A stretch of 63,859 nt of DNA, the filler included, from Phoronis australis (lineage: Eukaryota; Animalia; Phoronida): NCBI GenBank assembly GCA_002633005.1. It is 8 parts of 8 records of this genome, joined end to end, with 100 filler letters (N's around TTAATTAATTAA, not from the genome) between each part and the next. Parts side by side here need not be neighbours in the genome. Positions count along the whole stretch, not along the records: positions 24,871 to 42,799 come from NMRA01000720.1; 7 more parts are not named here. One strand, written 5' to 3'. Both the position numbers and the translations under genes were made by a program. Every line of letters starts with the position of its first letter. Position 1 is the first letter of the stretch. The notes under the pieces are model-generated. The model searched no databases. It saw only the letters and a list, made by a program, of their open reading frames with translations, and had not been told where the DNA came from. Shown piece after piece: positions 24,871 to 39,390 of the stretch.

Positions 24871-25926
24871 ATTGGGGGGGGGGGGAGTGCGTCACAAACT
24901 TCGCGAACCCACCCCTTTGCTATCGTCAACCACTCCCCCACCCCCTCCCGTTCTCTGGATGTCACCATATTTGTACCGAGCCCCCCACGTCCGCTTTAGG
25001 TGGGGGTAATAGCGGGGATGCAGCCATCAGGATTTGAGTAACCGTGAACCAACAAAGTTTCACAGAGAGTAAGAATGGGTCTAGGGCCAGCGTACTGACG
25101 GGTAGCTGGGAGCTGCGTAGAGTAACTGTAGCTGGGTTCCAACAGTGGATTCGTGCCTATTCCTCTGCTGTGGGTTGAAGGTCAAGGCTTGTTTTATTAT
25201 GATACAGTTTCGGGGGGAACTTTTATTGGCCATTCTTTGAAGTAATTTTCTGGAAAGGTGAGGTCCCGAGGTGCCTGGTATGAGTGCCTTTGTTGCCGTT
25301 TCAGAATCTCTAGATGAAACACAGCCGGTAGTCCAGTTTCTGGTTACTGGGGGAAATGATACAGTGTGTGTCCCAAAAACGTACACACTTCAAGACCTGG
25401 AGTTCAAATTCAGTTCCCGTGGGTAACTGAGATTCTATGCAGGCCTACTGAATGGTCACACCTTATTTTTAATGTGAGTGTGTCATGCATGCTTGCACCT
25501 AGAGGGGCTCGGGCAAAAAGGTCTGCTTCAAAAACATAATATAGTCCCGGAGAAAGCGAAAAAAAGCCCATTAAGGCAGGAATTCGGCGTATACACAATT
25601 CATAGCCCTGAAAAGACGTATTCCGTATTTTTTCTCTAGTAAAAGGTCCACATCCTCAAACATTCGAGCCCCCTATGTTTTAGGCTGGGTGCGCGCATAC
25701 CGTGTGTGTAGTATGCACGGGAAATGCAAGCAAACCATTCAGTTTTGAATAACAAAAAATCATTACGCAATACTAATGGAAACTTAAAACATCAAGGAAG
25801 TGCAAAGAGAACCTTTCCAATTTGATGACCAATGAGTTAGATTCGATACTTAAACTCCTTTTTCAATCTACGGTTTGTAAACTTAAAAAAAGTAATCTAG
25901 TTCCTAAGCCAATAAACAATTTATTG

Positions 25927-26550
25927 CCATTTGAATTGTGAGAACATCTTTTTGGGACAATTTGTACAGTTGTCCGAAACACATCAATTTCCTTGAGACT
26001 TATTTCAGATGGATAAAACTCGTTTAATGTACTTTTATATTTGGGGATCTGATGATGGATCGAATTTTCTCAATGTCGGCCTGCAACTAAGTTCATTGAG
26101 GCATTGTCATGTCTTACAAAATAAGCTTCTACCTGTTTAAAAAATCACCTCTCAATCAGTCTATTTTCATAGATACATTAACATGTAAATCAAAAACCAA
26201 CAATCAAATCTCGGAGCAATGCCTTTACCTTGATTTAATGACTTAATTCCTTTTCGATCACCTGTTAGTGAGTTCAAACAACAGATCTTGTTAGAAAGCA
26301 ATGCATTAACGTCATTTGAATTGTGAGTAAATTTTTGGGAAGTGTCCAAATTTCATCGATGTCTTTGAGAGTTATTTTAGGCAGACAAAAAGCGTCCAAG
26401 TGCACTTTGCTATTTGGGATCGGATAGGCTTCAACTTAATTCCCTGAATAGTAGTCATTTCTTAAAAGATTAGCTTGTAATTGCCAAAAATAATCTATTA
26501 ACCTGTCGGTTTTCGTAGATACACAAACATGTCTATCAGAAACCAACGAA
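25927..26550. repeat. Degenerate tandem duplication, unit about 385 bp
   Basis: CATTTGAATTGTGAG...TTTTTGGGA...TTGAGA.TTATTT...ATTTGGG...TAGATACA..AACATGT occurs from about 25927 and again from about 26312. Confidence 0.55.
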
Positions 26551-29500
26551 TTTGTTGATCAAAACGGAATGTTACAAGCATTTTCCGCCGACATGCTCAC
26601 AGATTTTTGACGGGTAACCGGGAGAAAATGGGAGATTGGGCGTTCATAATATTTTTGCTCATTTCCGAGGTACATGTACCTAAAATGGTTCACGAGTTGA
26701 ACTTGAGCTCAAAAAAGCTGCAATATTTGTTTATTATTGCGAGTATTTGAGTACACACGTTCGACATGTACACGGTCACCCCAATGGTAGCTTCGACAGC
26801 CGGGATTTTCACATGTGATAAATCTTTACGAACAACTCACAGTAACCATTTTCAAAAGATATACTATTCTTGTGATGCTAAGGGAAACAGTAACATTATT
26901 CTATAACTAACCACCTGAAATTAATAGCCCTTTTGTATAATTAACAAATAGCGGTCTTCACGTTCTTCAAAATTCCACCCTTTCGATGGCGGTCAAATGA
27001 ATTCTATTGTATTTTTCACATTTTTTGGTTGTTTGGGTGAAACGTCCTGATACTTTCGGCTGAGCAAGAATGTTTTGTGTTTTTTGATGAATTTGGAATC
27101 TCAACTTTCCTAACTCGTGAATACTTGGCAGTGTCGGATTTACATGTATAGAGGGACAAAGGGACTTTCTCCGAACTGCTCCACCGAGAGAGGGTCCGTC
27201 TGAAATGGGACATTTTAATTATGAAAGGCTAAACATAATTAAGCTTGGAAAAGAGTGACAGTTTATTTTACTGCCGTGTGAAAACAAAACGGAGCAGGAA
27301 GTGACCTTCCTCAACATGAAAGTCGGTTGCACGATTTCACAAAAATGCAGGAACCTAACCGTAATCGAGTCCAACTTTGGACCCTCTATCTGTGAGTGGA
27401 CACTTAAGAATTTGTCAATAAAACATAAAAGGGTGGCCACTTGAATGTCATCAATGGCCACCTTTAAGGGTCGGGCCCCTCAATATGACAATATCTATAT
27501 TTCGAAAAATCAAGAAATTTGCAGGCAATTGATGATATCTGCCAGATCATCAATTTTTCTCAAGTGATATACAGTTCGAGAAAAAAGCGACAGTTGTCTC
27601 CGTTATGCTTTCCCAGAGATGGGCATCTGGAAAATGTGGTTTTACAATCGCAAAATTTGACTTATTGAATTTAAAAACACAGCAAATTAATACGCTCCGC
27701 AAAAAGCTTCGCTTTACATTTTTTTTTTCATTTTTTTTTCGAAGTATATGCACGTTTTCAAGTCCGTTTAGATGACCTGTGCTGCGAAAGCGGAGACCCC
27801 AACAACAGTGCTCTAGTCAGGGTCCTCAAAAGGTAAACCATGCACTGGCACAGAGTTGTTAAATGTTCTCTGGAATTTTGTCTCTTATCCGCATTTAGCA
27901 GTCTCTCTTTTCTCGACTGCCCCGTCTCACGCGTATGTCGGTTGCCACGGTTTACATGTAACTCTGACGCCTGGTTTTTTTTGGGGGGGGGGGGGCGTGC
28001 TCAACCGCCCCCCCCCCGCTTCCTACGGCCATGNGATGAAATCCTTCTCCAGATGTTCAAAAGTTATTTTCAGCAAAGTTCCCAAGAATACACTTGCGCG
28101 CGTTAAGTAAGAATCTTAGTTCAAATATTTGAGGAAACGAGACTCAAGTATTTTTCAAGCCAATAGGTGTTAGTGCTAGCCAATAGGTGTCAGTGCAGTA
28201 TGATAAGAACAGCCAATCACGATAAAGAATTATAATTGAGTCCGTACCATTTCTGAGATGTCTGCTTCCTCTACTTCTCAAACCAAACGTGAACTTTGTG
28301 CCAGCTGTGTAGCCGAGAGTGCATGCATTATTGACATGCGCGCACCCATCCTTCAGTATGGGGGGGGGGGGGNNNNNNNNNNNNNNNNNNGGGGGGGGGG
28401 CTTGAATTCCTGGCGCTGTCGGGGCCTTTTACTTTGGTTGACTAAAAAAAAGCAGTACCACGATCGGAGCCGTACTTGCTGCGCATTGTGCGTTTGCATC
28501 TTTTTAGTGGACTTTTATCTCTATTTATGGAACTTTTTGTTTCTATGAGGCGGACCTTTTTGCCCACTTCGCCCTCTGGGTGCGCGCATGATTGACACAG
28601 CAACAGAGTGTCGCGATTCCTTAATCTGAAATTGCAGCCACGAACTGTCACTCGAGTCAATGGTTTTGGCAAACAAGTGGATCAAATATGAGTACAAGGA
28701 AATCCTCATTGGTGAAAATCTCTCGTTAAAAAACTACAACTAATCTATGACTAACAGTCAGTGTCACAGGAACTTACTGGTGTCACGATAAGAGAAAACC
28801 TTGTCATTCCGAGAGCACTGAAAGCTCTAGTCTAGGGTAACCGGGTCAGATCTTGAAAAAAATTGTACGTAACGTACATCTTGGTGGGATATGGTCAAAA
28901 TGTTCATCTGATAATTTTTGGGCCAGTATTTTTTAAGTTACACCATCATGAATATTTTGGCCGTTTTTTCGTACAAAAAGATTCAGTTAGTGAAGTTGTT
29001 TTAATATGTCTAAAAAGAATTGGAAAGAAAAAACCTTTGTAATCTTTATGTAGATATTGAACCTCTCTGTCTGAAGACTGTCTTTGAATTTTCAAAACGG
29101 ATTTCCGTTAACCTTCACTGGAGTGCCAAAATTTGGTAAATGTTGCCTAATTTTATCAATTTGATTTTTCGCCATTTTCGAGGTACTCTGGGGGCCAGTT
29201 TACGAGGTGCTGATGGTTTCCAATGATATTTTTCATCAGTTTGCTGTCTGGCTAAGAAATTTAAAAAAATCAAAGAAATGGGCTTTTTATTTGTTTTCAT
29301 GCAACAGCCGATAGAAAAGACACACCAACGCGTATTTAAAGGTGCCTGACTAAGGGCAACATGCAGCTGTATCTCATAAACCTCATTAAAGCTCTTCATA
29401 ATAATTTTTTGCTATGGAGATCAAATCAGTCGACGTCAGTTTTTAGATACTTTGATTACTGCTGGCCCTCTGGTGGCAGTTTATATAACTAGATTTTTGG

Positions 29501-29561
29501 TGAAATTTGGCCAAAACATTTCGGTCGAGGAAAAGATGGCAGATGTACATGTATGTCTGAG

Positions 29562-29662
29562 AACGACGTTTCAATATCAATCGAATTCTGTTACCACAGT
29601 TTGTTTTCTGTCTACTATTGTACCTGAAGATGCTTTTGATTAATATCGAAACGTCGTTTACA
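29562..29662 (+). ncRNA. Minimal hammerhead-like motif of a Penelope pLTR remnant with an inverted partial copy
   Basis: TGTAC-CTGAAGA-T-G...C-GAA-ACGT-C-GT(TT)ACA (core 29624-29655). 29562-29582 is an inverted copy of 29638-29658 with 2 mismatches. Stem II is degenerate. Confidence 0.5.
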
Positions 29663-30011
29663 TGCTGCACTCTTGCACCGTTTTTGTTTTCCACTTCTTA
29701 CTTCTAATTTGCCCAAAAACTAATATTATTTACATGCATGTTGTCGAATGAGTCTAACCTGTGTTTTGGAAATCGTTCATACATCTAACCCGTGCCCCCG
29801 TCAGCTGCAAATTGGTGCCCTGTTGACGTCCACCATACTGCCGCATAATCATGACATAAAATGTATAAAATGATTTAATCTGAATTTTTAAATTTTTTTC
29901 AGGATGTTAATTGTTTCACCGATTCTAACCAAACCTGGTGTTGTCACTTGTCACACTCCCACGAGAGATAAAAATGATACCTCTTGACAATATTTGAGGC
30001 ACTAGTTTCAA

Positions 30012-30250
30012 ATGTACATGTAGCTGAGGCTTAAATCAAGTAATGTTATCTCAGTACAAATTAATACGAATTAAGTACTAGTCCACGAGAGCACCAGCCA
30101 TGTATATGTAACTGAGGCTTACATCAAGTAATGTTATCTCAGTACAAATTAATACGAATTAAGTACTAGTCCACGAGAGCACCAGCCATGTACATGTAGC
30201 TGAGGCTTACATCAAGTAATGTTATCTCAGTACAAATTAATACGAATTAA
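30012..30250. repeat. 88-bp tandem repeat, about 2.7 copies
   Basis: Units start at 30012, 30100 and 30188 and are near-identical. Confidence 0.95.
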
Positions 30251-32176
30251 TACACAGTCTAGTATGATCCTTACAGTGTTTTGACCCAGTAAGTAACTTA
30301 GAATGTAGTTTAAACGGACATTTTCTGCAATACAGGATGAACCAAACCCACGTTAGGTATGGAATTAGACATGCATAATTGTTACCATGGCGACTGGGTA
30401 CCATAAAAGCTTATTCCTTAAACTTAAATTTGACAAGCAGGATAATAAATAATATGAAGCTACAGGTGTACATGTACAAGGCAGAAGGATTCGAGTAAAG
30501 CTTATACTTCACCATCCAAATGTAACCCATCTGTAAATCAAGTAAGTTATTTTCACCCTTTGTTGGTTTGATGCATATTGAAGTAAAAAGTAACTATAGT
30601 TATAAAGCATTAGTCAAAATCACATTTTACGCATGGAATTTAGAAAAAAATATGTGTCCTATTGTGAAACATAATCATACTTTGGACAGAAGTTGACTTT
30701 CAAACAAAAACGATTTTAAAACAATTTGAACAGAATTTAAGCAGAGTGTACGGTCAACTGGATGGACACTTCACATTGGATGAAATAAAAGATTCATAAT
30801 ACTTAGTGTACAAGGACCAGAAAACTGTGTAAAACTACTTTGTGAAGCAGTGTGTCTACAAATGTGTGATAGTTAGATCTTGACCGAAGACAATGTAGCC
30901 GGTTGAACATGCCTTTCAGTTCAGAACAGTCTCCACGCTGTCCAACGAGATTTGTGAACACTTAAACCCTTATTACAAGTTACACCTGGGTGATTAAATT
31001 CTGGTGTTAACTCTTAGATTTTGCAGAATAATGCTAAATTTTACCGCCAGAATATTTGTGAAAGTAACGTTAAAGCACTTTAAATGCATCACCTATGCCG
31101 TTGATATGAAAGCTGTTCGATCCGACAGAAATGAAGTCAAAATTTGACAGCTAAATGTCAATAACTTTTGAATACACCATACGATTTCGATATTTTTTCA
31201 TTTTTGTATTTCCCGACACGAACACCTTTTTCTGTGATGTAAACTTTTGTCTACAAACCAAAAAAGTAATTTTCGGTTCAAACGCTTCATACAGGCTCAC
31301 ATCCTTAATTCAAAGGAATTTCTGTATAAATAAAAGCTAACTCACATTGATATGGGGCACACATCGGAATACTTAGTTAAATAATCACATGAATTATTCA
31401 TGTCAGCCTAAAATTGTCTCTAAGGTCGCCAACCGGCACCAGGCAATTTTGTCATCACTTGTGCTTACGTAACCTCTGTCCCATGGTCAGTTATGAACGC
31501 TCAATGCCGGGTAAAATGGAAAATAGGAATATATCAGACGTATTGTATCACTTATCTTTATCTCAAATAACAGCAAAAGATGTCGCTCAAAGCACCATAT
31601 GTACATAACAGAATGATACATTGAGATGGTTTGACCCACAATTATGACATGACTCTGTTCAATAAAACCAAATTGAACGCCCTTTACCATACAGTATACT
31701 CCGCGACGAACGAAGTTTCGATGTTAATTCTGGCTAAGCACAAAGTTACAACTTCCGAGTTAAAGTTCAGCAGCAATGTCATCATAACAAAGCAGCGCAA
31801 ATCCTACTTTTGGTCACGTGACTTGCTGGCATAAAAATGGCAAGGACCTACATGTCGTATCTCTCTCCCCAGAAGGAACTGAAACGTCAACTTCCCAAGG
31901 CAGCCAACTGTTGCTACGTCATACTGGAGACAACTGAGATAGTTAGATTAACTTTAGTTCGTGTAAATTAGATCTACCTCTCGGACGTGTATGATATTCC
32001 GCAGTCATTGTTAAGATCTCGGCAACATGTTTGTTTGATCACTCGCTTTACTTAGGTTAAATGTAAACTCATGTAAGATGACCCTTAACGTGGTTACCAG
32101 GCCTCACACGCTGAGTCACGGATAGCATGTGAAGCCCAATCTAGAGAGCCTGTGGAGGAGACTAAGGTGACCCTCA

Positions 32177-32296
32177 CAGGGGCGGATCTACGTTTTCAGT
32201 AAGGGGGGGTTTAGGATTCCCGCAAAGGTCGAATCCGAGGCACGTGGCGCCGAGAGGGGGGAGGTCGGGAGGGGGGGGTTNGTAGATCCGCCACTG
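32177..32296. mobile_element. Short MITE with CAG.GGCGGATCTAC TIRs and a 5-bp TSD
   Basis: CCTCA|CAGGGGCGGATCTAC...GTAGATCCGCCACTG|CCTCA. Related termini at about 24138 and 38711. Contains a single n. Confidence 0.7.
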
Positions 32297-35200
32297 CCTC
32301 AGTGTTCCCCCTGGCGATGGGTGAATAAACTGCATGTAGTGAGTGAAAAAAGCGCGGTATCTTCATACATAGAGAACAAACAAGTCGTGTTGTTACCAAA
32401 TGACGTATGTTTATCTTGTAACCTCATTGAATGAGGAGATTGAACTGAATTGTCAAAAAATGGCTTGAAGATCGAAGTGTGAATTTTGCACAGACCAAGG
32501 TCACAGGTCGTGACCTGACCTGGAATTTTATCATGAGCTGGGTTTAAAGAAACTATCAGATCTTCCGGGTGAGGAGATTGCGTTTGAACTAAGTTATAGG
32601 AACATGACAAGTTTATATCGACAAGTTTCCTTAATCAAAACCTGTTTGTTTCAACAAGCACTGTTCAAAAGCACACTTAAAGTGGCTATGGAAACAAGTA
32701 GTGAAATGCCCCACTTTTCAGAACTCAGGTACCTCTGAACTGATTAACCAGTAAACGAGCCTTCAGCTAGACATTCATAAAAACGGTACAGTGAAGTAGT
32801 TTGTAATTTGATACTCTGGTTTGTTAACGGACGTGATTATCACTTTTAATTTAACTAAGGAATTCGATACCACCAAGCACACATATCAACAAATATACAA
32901 TCAATGCTTTCAGCGATCGTAACAATGCAGAGTGTCAGAACAGTCTTTCATTGTTATTTCATGCCAGGGGCGTTTAAAAATATACAAAATCTTGAATCCA
33001 TCTGTTCGTGGGAACTGCTTGTGTAAGGTCATATCTTGACGTAAAGGTCATTTGACGAGAAGACTCTGAACAATAGACGTATTGGGTATTAAGAGCATTC
33101 CTGAATTAAAAAGCATTTCTTTGTGAGTTATTGAAAAGTAGAAAAGAAGCGATTGTTGAGACTCCACTATGGCAAACACGAAAATATTTTCACACATAGA
33201 GGTCGTAAACTAAAAAAAACAACATCCAACGATAGTTTATTTTCACAGGTGCAGTCAAAAATTATTCACAACCGGTTTTTGTGTAAGGTATGATAAGATG
33301 TGATTATAAAGCTTCATGTCATTGGAAGGTGCTATTTCACAATTAATTAAAACTTTTGATAAGTACACGTATAGGATCTCTTCAGAAGTTAAACGCAATT
33401 TTTAGTTTCAGAAACAGTTTTCCAGCAGCCGGCAAAATATTGGAATTTCCTCCATCTGTTTATTTTTGTGACCTTTGTAGCCGCGCATGCGCTATCATTA
33501 CTTTTGGCAATGGCTTGGTTTGTTTTTCTTTCATTTTGCTCCAATTAATTTTAGACGATTTATTCATATTTATAGTATTAAAAGCATGCTTCGGCACTTT
33601 TTACACGTGTTGACATTCAATAACTTTCATAACACAAAATGATGAGCTGAAATGGCGTCAACATGTATATTGTTTTTGTGTTTTTCCTTTTTTCTAAAAC
33701 TGTTTCACAGATCCAGGTTTAATGGAATGTGTGGCTTACTTAAAACTAACGATATTTACTTCAACTGTTTTCCTCCTTTAAGAAAAAGTGTGCATTAATT
33801 TGGGCGCATTTTCATTTTAAAAAATTTGGTGAGTATTATTCAAACCACACGCACCCTAGTCTCTGTAGAAGACGCCACGGTCAGGTAGTCAAACTTGCCA
33901 TGAACGAGTTCGGGTCTGAGGAATTATTTGGACTTTTGGTAATCTGTACATCCGTCCGTCATTTGACTCTTATACAACAATAGTCTGCAGTAAATAATAA
34001 ACGCACCAAAACATCACCAGAATAGTAGTGCTAAACTAAACAGAATTTTCACACCGCTTGTGTAATTTGGCTCCGGCTACGACGGTCTGGGAGGTGAAAA
34101 TTTTGACACGTATTTGAAATGCCTTTCAATTCTTTTCCAAGCAGTATAGCCAAGTAAAATACATAAACTCTTTGTAAATGTTAAACGAGCAAATACGTGT
34201 TTGCTTGAATGAGTTTCAAGGTCAAAATATATCTGGGAAGGCAAGAACTCGGCTGTTGACGAAGTTTGACGGAAATCGGACGGTGTACATTGAGACCCAC
34301 TTTAGAGTGAAGAAATACGATTTAAGCGGATCCGAATAGCTATTCTCAAGGTGTTTTTCTGATGTCACACAGTAGATGTAATTCTTTTGCAGAATGCTTT
34401 CACTTTGTTGCAAAATCAGATGGAGAAAGGGAGTTTTAGGTAAACAGTGCACGTTAGCGGAGACGTCTATTCATCTGCGACCAAAGAGGAAATGTGTAAC
34501 AAGAAAAAACGGCTTATCAATACAATCAATACATATAGTGAAGCTGATGTATTATGTATGAGTAAGGTTAATATTGATCTTCAGTTGGCAGATAACAAAG
34601 CAAGCTGTGTGACATGTTTGTTGAGTAAATAAGTTATATCCATGGCACTGTTTATCGGTCCCAAGGAATTCAACCGTTGCATCCATACATGTACCTATAT
34701 AACAATTGCCAGGGTTTGCTTGCTTAAAATTGAGCCAAGTTTTACTCCATCAGCCTACATGTGTAAAGCGATACTTTATATAAAGCAAGATCATTTAACG
34801 TTTGACGAACTAGAATGTCGCTATTTGTGAATTCCACATGTGTGGTGGTTCTGTAACGATAAAAATGTCGACACTTTCTTCAAGAAATCCAAGAACAGAA
34901 CATCTTTTGAAGGTCGTCATTAAAAAAGAATTCTAGTTAATGAAAAGAGAATAGTATGTAAGAAATTCATAAGGGTTGACAGACCGTTTGCAATTCATAT
35001 GTCTGTCTAACAGGTTAAAATGCTGACCAGACAGTGTACAGTTTACATGTCAAATGATTTAACAAGTAGATCAGACCGCCTGGTATGTTTGATAATCGCG
35101 TGCAATCTTACATGTCTCAGAGTTTAAAGTGCAGATTAGATCTTCGGGGATGTTTGATGACCGTGTACGGCGTGTCTAACTACTGATAGTACGCAAAAAA

Positions 35201-37477
35201 TTGTGTCCTTTTTGTTTAAATAAATTAAAAACTCCTAAACTGTGACAGGCTATCATTAGAATTAAGAGGAATTCACATTAATACGAATAAATTCTAAAAA
35301 AATCTTGGTAGAAGGCTTCAACAAATGTGGAAGGCATAATCGTTCATACAGCAAATTTTTGAGAAAGTGTCGAAACTAATGAACGTCTGAGTATATTTGA
35401 CAGGCAAACTGTGTATGTATCAGTGACAGCAAACATCAAGTTCACCCTTTCTGACAATTTTTGTCAGTTTGAAATAACTCTTCATAAAATTGGCGTTTCA
35501 ATGAATCATGACGTATTTTGGTCACGAAATTCGGTCAGCTATCGTATGTCCTTGTACCATCCACCAAAAACTCGAAGAGCGTTGTTGCGGAAGGAATTTT
35601 GAGAAACCTCGGGGCTCTGTAAAAGTAAACTTAATTTTCAAAGCATGAACCTAGCTAAAAGTTGCCTGTTCCCAAACTTAGCCACAATAAAACGAATCCT
35701 GACGTTGGGGCTCATCTCTACACTTCGAAATAGACGAAGCAGTAATCGAAGTTTCCGATATGAATTTCTTCTTACTCCGTTCCAAGGTGATCGTGCTATT
35801 ACCGGACGTATTTCTCCGGATATTGCAACGCCCTCTAGAAGTTTATTGAGTTACTTTGGCTCCGTCTAAATCTAATTTTGGCAGTATATATCTGTTTGGT
35901 AATATTTCATTCCATTTACCCATTGTGAATTTAGGTCTAAAAAGTGCTATTTTTTCTTTGCAATTTTGTTGAAATAAAGGTAGGCCTGTCCATATTTTTG
36001 GTGGGTTGGACCGGGGACTGGAGACAAAGAGAAAGAATGACGGCAACTGGGTCGTGGGAGAAATTTGTTTTGATGCTATCTTTCTAAGTGCCCAAGGACA
36101 GGAGGTTTTCAATCGGTCCTCTTTTACAATGGTTGGTGGCCCACGTTTTGTAAGTCTTCTGGAAAAAAACTTTTTGAGAATACTTTTAAAGGCCTAACAT
36201 GGTGCTAAAATGATCATATTTACATCTAAGATACGTGTATTGACGAAAAACATCAAAATACGGTGTAATAGCATACCCATACAATAGCCACATCACGGAC
36301 TCCTTTAGCGCCAAAAAGTTGAGATGGCGCTTGCACTAACCGAAGTCTATGAAATCATCGTTACAACGAGTTGACTTTCACCGAGTCTCCATCGTATTGG
36401 AATCGGCGATGACTGGCCGTTTAATTTAGTGCTAAATACGTGGAAAATCAAGGAAAAACATTAGTTGTTTATTTCATGTCAATTTTTACTAAAATCGATC
36501 ATTACCTTTATACTTTTTATTTAATTATTTAGCACACATTCCAACACGGGCCCGTATGGAAGGAATTGGAAACAAAAGGCCGTTTAATTTGGTGCAAAAT
36601 ACGTGGAAACGGTACAGCAAATTAGCTTGATCATTTCGAACACAGCAATTATATTCAAATTCACTGAAAATTTTATATTAGAAACTTAATTTTCAAAATA
36701 ATTTGTCTTGAAATCCTGCGACCAGTAGTCGGCGCGATTTTGACTCGGTCAACCTCAAAAGATTGAACATTTTATAGCAACACAACGTTTCGAGTATATG
36801 CAATAAAAAGCTACGAAATAAAGTCTAGATTGCATGAAAACATACCGAATTATAATTATTTGTAATCAAATGGATGCTTTGATTGCAACCAAAAATATAT
36901 TCCCATATGGGCCTACAGTATCTGATTTCCGTTAGGCTTACGGAACAACCAGCATCAGAATATTCCGATTTGGGCCGGAACAGTAACACAAAACGTCGAA
37001 GTGCGACCGTCAGATCTTAGATGTAGCCAGCCAGCTACTTGTTTGAAGACTGTCACCAAAATACAGCTAGGCCTACGTGACACTGTGGATTTAGTTCCGT
37101 TAGAACACGATATTTCATACAGGCCGGGTACGAGTACTGTTTGTCACCTTAATTAGTCTCTGTAGTATGTTAGAAGCAAAAACAATATTTTTATGAACAG
37201 TACTTGCATTTATGATGTTAAAAAGGTGTTTTAGCCGCTGAAGGCTATCTTTAACAGAACAGATTAATCCTGGTGTTTTTTTACTTATTTTACTAGAGAG
37301 TTCCTAAAATTTAAGAGGTTATTGTATTTAGAGCTGCACACTTTTAAGAAATTTCACTTTGAAGTAGCGTTATATTCACAGAAAAAAAAACAATTGTAGG
37401 TTGTCTGATACACATTGTACCAGACATGCGCAGGCCTAGCATATTTTTATGCTTAATTATTATATGGTTAAAACCGA

Positions 37478-37589
37478 GCTCAGGAGCTACGCACCTGGCT
37501 CAAGAGTTCAGCAGTGTGACCTGGTTTGACTCGAACCCACGACCTGAGTACAGAAAGCGGGCCTTTATCAACCAGGACACCCTGCCTCC
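37478..37589 (-). mobile_element. tRNA-derived SINE remnant
   Basis: Minus strand GGAGGCAGGGTGTCCTGGTTG (A-box-like) ... GGTTCGAGTC (B box, 37528-37537), followed by a CTCTTGAGCCAGGTGC CORE-like segment. A related head lies at 58129. Confidence 0.55.
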
Positions 37590-39197
37590 GAATAGCTTAG
37601 TGAAGAGTGAAATCATAATAACCAGTCGACGTCACGAACGAGATGGTGACTGTTAAAAGCCCTCTTTTAAAAATTTCGTTAATGATAGAACTTAATGTTT
37701 ATATTTTCTTATAGACTTGATGGGTTTGACCACAATCACCAACAACTTTTTTAAGGCTGTAGTCTACTCACTTAGAGACATAAAATTTTTGCAGGCGTAA
37801 TAGAAAAAAAATCTCAATTTTGAGTGTGAAATCCATTTTAAAAAATCTGAATAAGAATCTTGACAAAGCACGTTGACATGCATTCTAAACCTGCCGACGT
37901 CACACGAATGGCGCGCGCTATTTGCCACAGGCCACGTTAGTTCAAGGAACCAGGAAGTGTATGTCCTTAATGAGTGTCGAAATTGTGCGGAAAAGAAATC
38001 TTTGCGTCCCACATTGAATCAACTTTTTTTTTGAAAACCCCATCTGTAATAACTCTTAATAGCCTGTAAGAATTAAGATGAAAGCGTTCAGAAAATCTAT
38101 CAAGCCCTTGTGTTGGTTCGACTTAAATACTAGTATATTCAAAGAATATGATCATGGTAACCGACAACTAAGTGGATATAATAAGCCAACCATCTAATTA
38201 TTTATCAAATTCAATGGTCAATACTTGTCATGTATTGTTTTCCCAATAAACTTGATATAAAACATCATTTAACAATGCGGTGAATTTTACTTTCAACGAT
38301 AAAATTATTGGTGTTGAGACAACCACAACTGAGTGACTGTCCCTAATTAACAGTAGGTGAATGGAAATTAGCCCTTGATGTCAAAAATGCATAAACAGAT
38401 GTAATACATGCAATTCAGTTTTAGCTGTTACGTAATACCTGTGGTGTTGAGATTAACTATTCTGTGGGTATTTTTGCCGGTAAGCCTGGAAAATTAAGGT
38501 GTAAATAACTCGGCTGACCGGCATACCCAGTATTCCTTTTCACACACGGTTGATCGATCGTCAAACAAGAATCGAGTCTCTCCAATAGTAACACAAATGA
38601 CGTCAATGGGTTTTTACTATGACGAATCACAACCTGAAAATAACAGTCCCGTCGTACAGAGTTGGCACAGATTCAAAGGCACATTGAAAGAAAATGGCAG
38701 CAAAAAAGGCAAGTGGCGGATCTGAAGGTTACCTCCTCACCGAAGATGAAAAGAAAAAAGTAGGTACAATGTCTGTTCTTTTGTCAATCGTATGTTTGAC
38801 CTTGAAAACCTAATGTATAACGCTGTTAACCCGCAAGCCCGAATTTCCGTGAACAGCAAGAAATCGAAGCCTTCATCGACTCATGAAAAAGCATCACTAA
38901 AACTTGCGAATTCGAAAAGGATACACGTACGTTTGCTTGCTACTTGAATTGGCCTGGGAAACATAATTATTTTACAAACAATGTTAAGAAATCAATTTTA
39001 CAAGAGTAGAAACATGCCTTTTCATGTATTTATCCTAAACAGGGGGGTATGGATATTTTGAAATCCAAGACACTTCGTATTCATGCAGATCACTGTTATA
39101 TTGCTAATTTACAAAAAGGAAAAGACATGCCAGTGCTCATTATGCCCTCACCGTTGAGTCTATCGCAGTTTGTTATTAAACCTTGAGTATCTACACT

Positions 39198-39390
39198 ATA
39201 CTAAAGTTGTCCACTGTTATCCTGTTAACGACTAGAATATCTATGTTATACTAAAGTTGTCCACTGTTATCCTGTTAACGACTAGAATACCTACAATATA
39301 CTAATGTTGACCACTGTTATCCTGTTACTGACTAGAATATCTATGTTATACTAAAGTTGTCCACAGCTATCCTGTTACCGACTAGAATAT
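39198..39390. repeat. 50-bp minisatellite, about 3.9 copies (also 41311-41524, about 4.3 copies)
   Basis: Unit ATACTAAAGTTGTCCACTGTTATCCTGTTAACGACTAGAATATCTATGTT; no spacers. Confidence 0.95.

Noticed and set aside
37528-37589. A/B-box sequences (also 53562 and 58129) as tRNA genes
   Set aside because: No complete cloverleaf or acceptor stem; followed by SINE-like bodies.
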